Below are positions 62,779 to 64,000 of a DNA stretch of 64,000 bases, one piece after another. Origin of the DNA: Basidiobolus meristosporus CBS 931.73 (taxonomy: Eukaryota > Fungi > Basidiobolomycota); the NCBI GenBank assembly GCA_002104905.1, contig MCFE01000272.1, forward strand, positions 42,020 through 106,019. Reading direction: 5' to 3'. Position 1 is the first letter of the stretch, and every line of letters begins with the position of its first letter. The notes under the pieces were generated by a model that searched no databases, was not told the DNA's origin, and was given only the letters and a program-made list of their open reading frames with translations. Both the position numbers and the translations under genes were made by a program.

Positions 62779-63812
62779 GGAAAATTAGCAGGGAGAAGAG
62801 AAGGAAGGAGCAAAAATTCCAGAAGTCAGAATTTATAGATGGATGGACAAGGGTAGATGGATGGATTATTCCTGGGTTAGGAAAATTAGCAGGGAGAAGA
62901 GAAGGAAGGAGCAAAAATTCCAGAAGTCAGAATTTATAGATGGATGGACAAGGGTAGATGGATGGATTATTCCTGGGTTAGGAAAATTAGCAGGGAGAAG
63001 AGAAGGAAGGAGCAAAAATTCCAGAAGTCAGAATTTATAGATGGATGGACAAGGGTAGATGGATGGATTATTCCTGGGTTAGGAAAATTAGCAGGGAGAA
63101 GAGAAGGAAGGAGCAAAAATTCCAGAAGTCAGAATTTATAGATGGATGGACAAGGGTAGATGGATGGATTATTCCTGGGTTAGGAAAATTAGCAGGGAGA
63201 AGAGAAGGAAGGAGCAAAAATTCCAGAAGTCAGAATTTATAGATGGATGGACAAGGGTAGATGGATGGATTATTCCTGGGTTAGGAAAATTAGCAGGGAG
63301 AAGAGAAGGAAGGAGCAAAAATTCCAGAAGTCAGAATTTATAGATGGATGGACAAGGGTAGATGGATGGATTATTCCTGGGTTAGGAAAATTAGCAGGGA
63401 GAAGAGAAGGAAGGAGCAAAAATTCCAGAAGTCAGAATTTATAGATGGATGGACAAGGGTAGATGGATGGATTATTCCTGGGTTAGGAAAATTAGCAGGG
63501 AGAAGAGAAGGAAGGAGCAAAAATTCCAGAAGTCAGAATTTATAGATGGATGGACAAGGGTAGATGGATGGATTATTCCTGGGTTAGGAAAATTAGCAGG
63601 GAGAAGAGAAGGAAGGAGCAAAAATTCCAGAAGTCAGAATTTATAGATGGATGGACAAGGGTAGATGGATGGATTATTCCTGGGTTAGGAAAATTAGCAG
63701 GGAGAAGAGAAGGAAGGAGCAAAAATTCCAGAAGTCAGAATTTATAGATGGATGGACAAGGGTAGATGGATGGATTATTCCTGGGTTAGGAAAATTAGCA
63801 GGAAGAAGAGAA
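62779..63812. repeat. 101-bp tandem repeat, 10 full copies plus a partial copy
   Basis: Exact 101-bp period (62779, 62880 ... 63789); unit boundaries carry GGGTTAGG. Confidence 0.97.
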
Positions 63813-64000
63813 GGGTTAGGGTTAGGGTTAGGGTTAGGGTTAGGTTAGGGTTAGGGTTAGGGTTAGGGTTAGGGTTAGGGTTAGGGTTAGGTTAGGGTTA
63901 GGGTTAGGGTTAGGGTTAGGGTTAGGGTTAGGGTTAGGGTTAGGGTTAGGGTTAGGGTTAGGGTTAGGGTTAGGGTTAGGGTTAGGGTTAGGGTTAGGGT
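63813..64000 (+). repeat. Telomere (TTAGGG)n with two TTAGG variants
   Basis: Read directly to the window end; variants at 63840-63844 and 63887-63891. Confidence 0.99.

Larger units (their letters stand above)
61887..63812 (-). mobile_element. Module D: ORF1-like module with its own shared 3' motif and tandem 5' monomers
   Basis: Starts after AGGG-TTAGGG (61877-61886); 123-nt 3' UTR, single ORF, 101-bp repeats up to the telomere. Confidence 0.8.

Noticed and set aside
62779-63812. CRISPR-like array (also considered for the four hairpins at 59175-59301)
   Set aside because: No unique spacers, no cas genes, eukaryotic context
62843-63848. Nine near-identical 65-aa ORFs
   Set aside because: By-product of the 101-bp period; no sign of coding function

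Overview
Eukaryotic, intron-rich, fungal-looking sequence (a non-Dikarya lineage is my inference) that runs into a right-hand telomere, (TTAGGG)n at 63813-64000. There are three zones. (1) 1-22150 is a CpG-poor graveyard of nested Ty3/Gypsy, Ty1/Copia and CACTA-like transposon remnants and solo LTRs. (2) 22150-51100 is a CpG-normal gene island: CDK5RAP1/MiaB, a DHHC palmitoyltransferase, two YcnI-like proteins, a CsbD-like protein, a family X polymerase, a GH9 cellulase, an F-box protein, a FAM210-like protein, a SAM methyltransferase and a P450. (3) 51746-64000 is the main result: about 12 kb of chromosome end built from six head-to-tail minus-strand modules, each starting at a short TTAGGG tract and each carrying the same two-hairpin 3' RNA element in place of poly(A). 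Four modules encode a LINE-type reverse transcriptase with no visible endonuclease (one decayed, three with open frames). One is a non-coding tRNA-derived SINE. One carries only an ORF1-like gene plus ten 101-bp G-rich monomers that merge into the telomere. Two Ty5-like Copia insertions sit inside this array, each cut off and healed by TTAGGG plus a new module. My reading is a retroelement consortium (RT, ORF1, SINE) that extends chromosome ends by priming on the G-strand. Endonuclease loss versus simple 5' truncation cannot be settled from this window. Coordinates and alignments were read by eye; exon boundaries are approximate.
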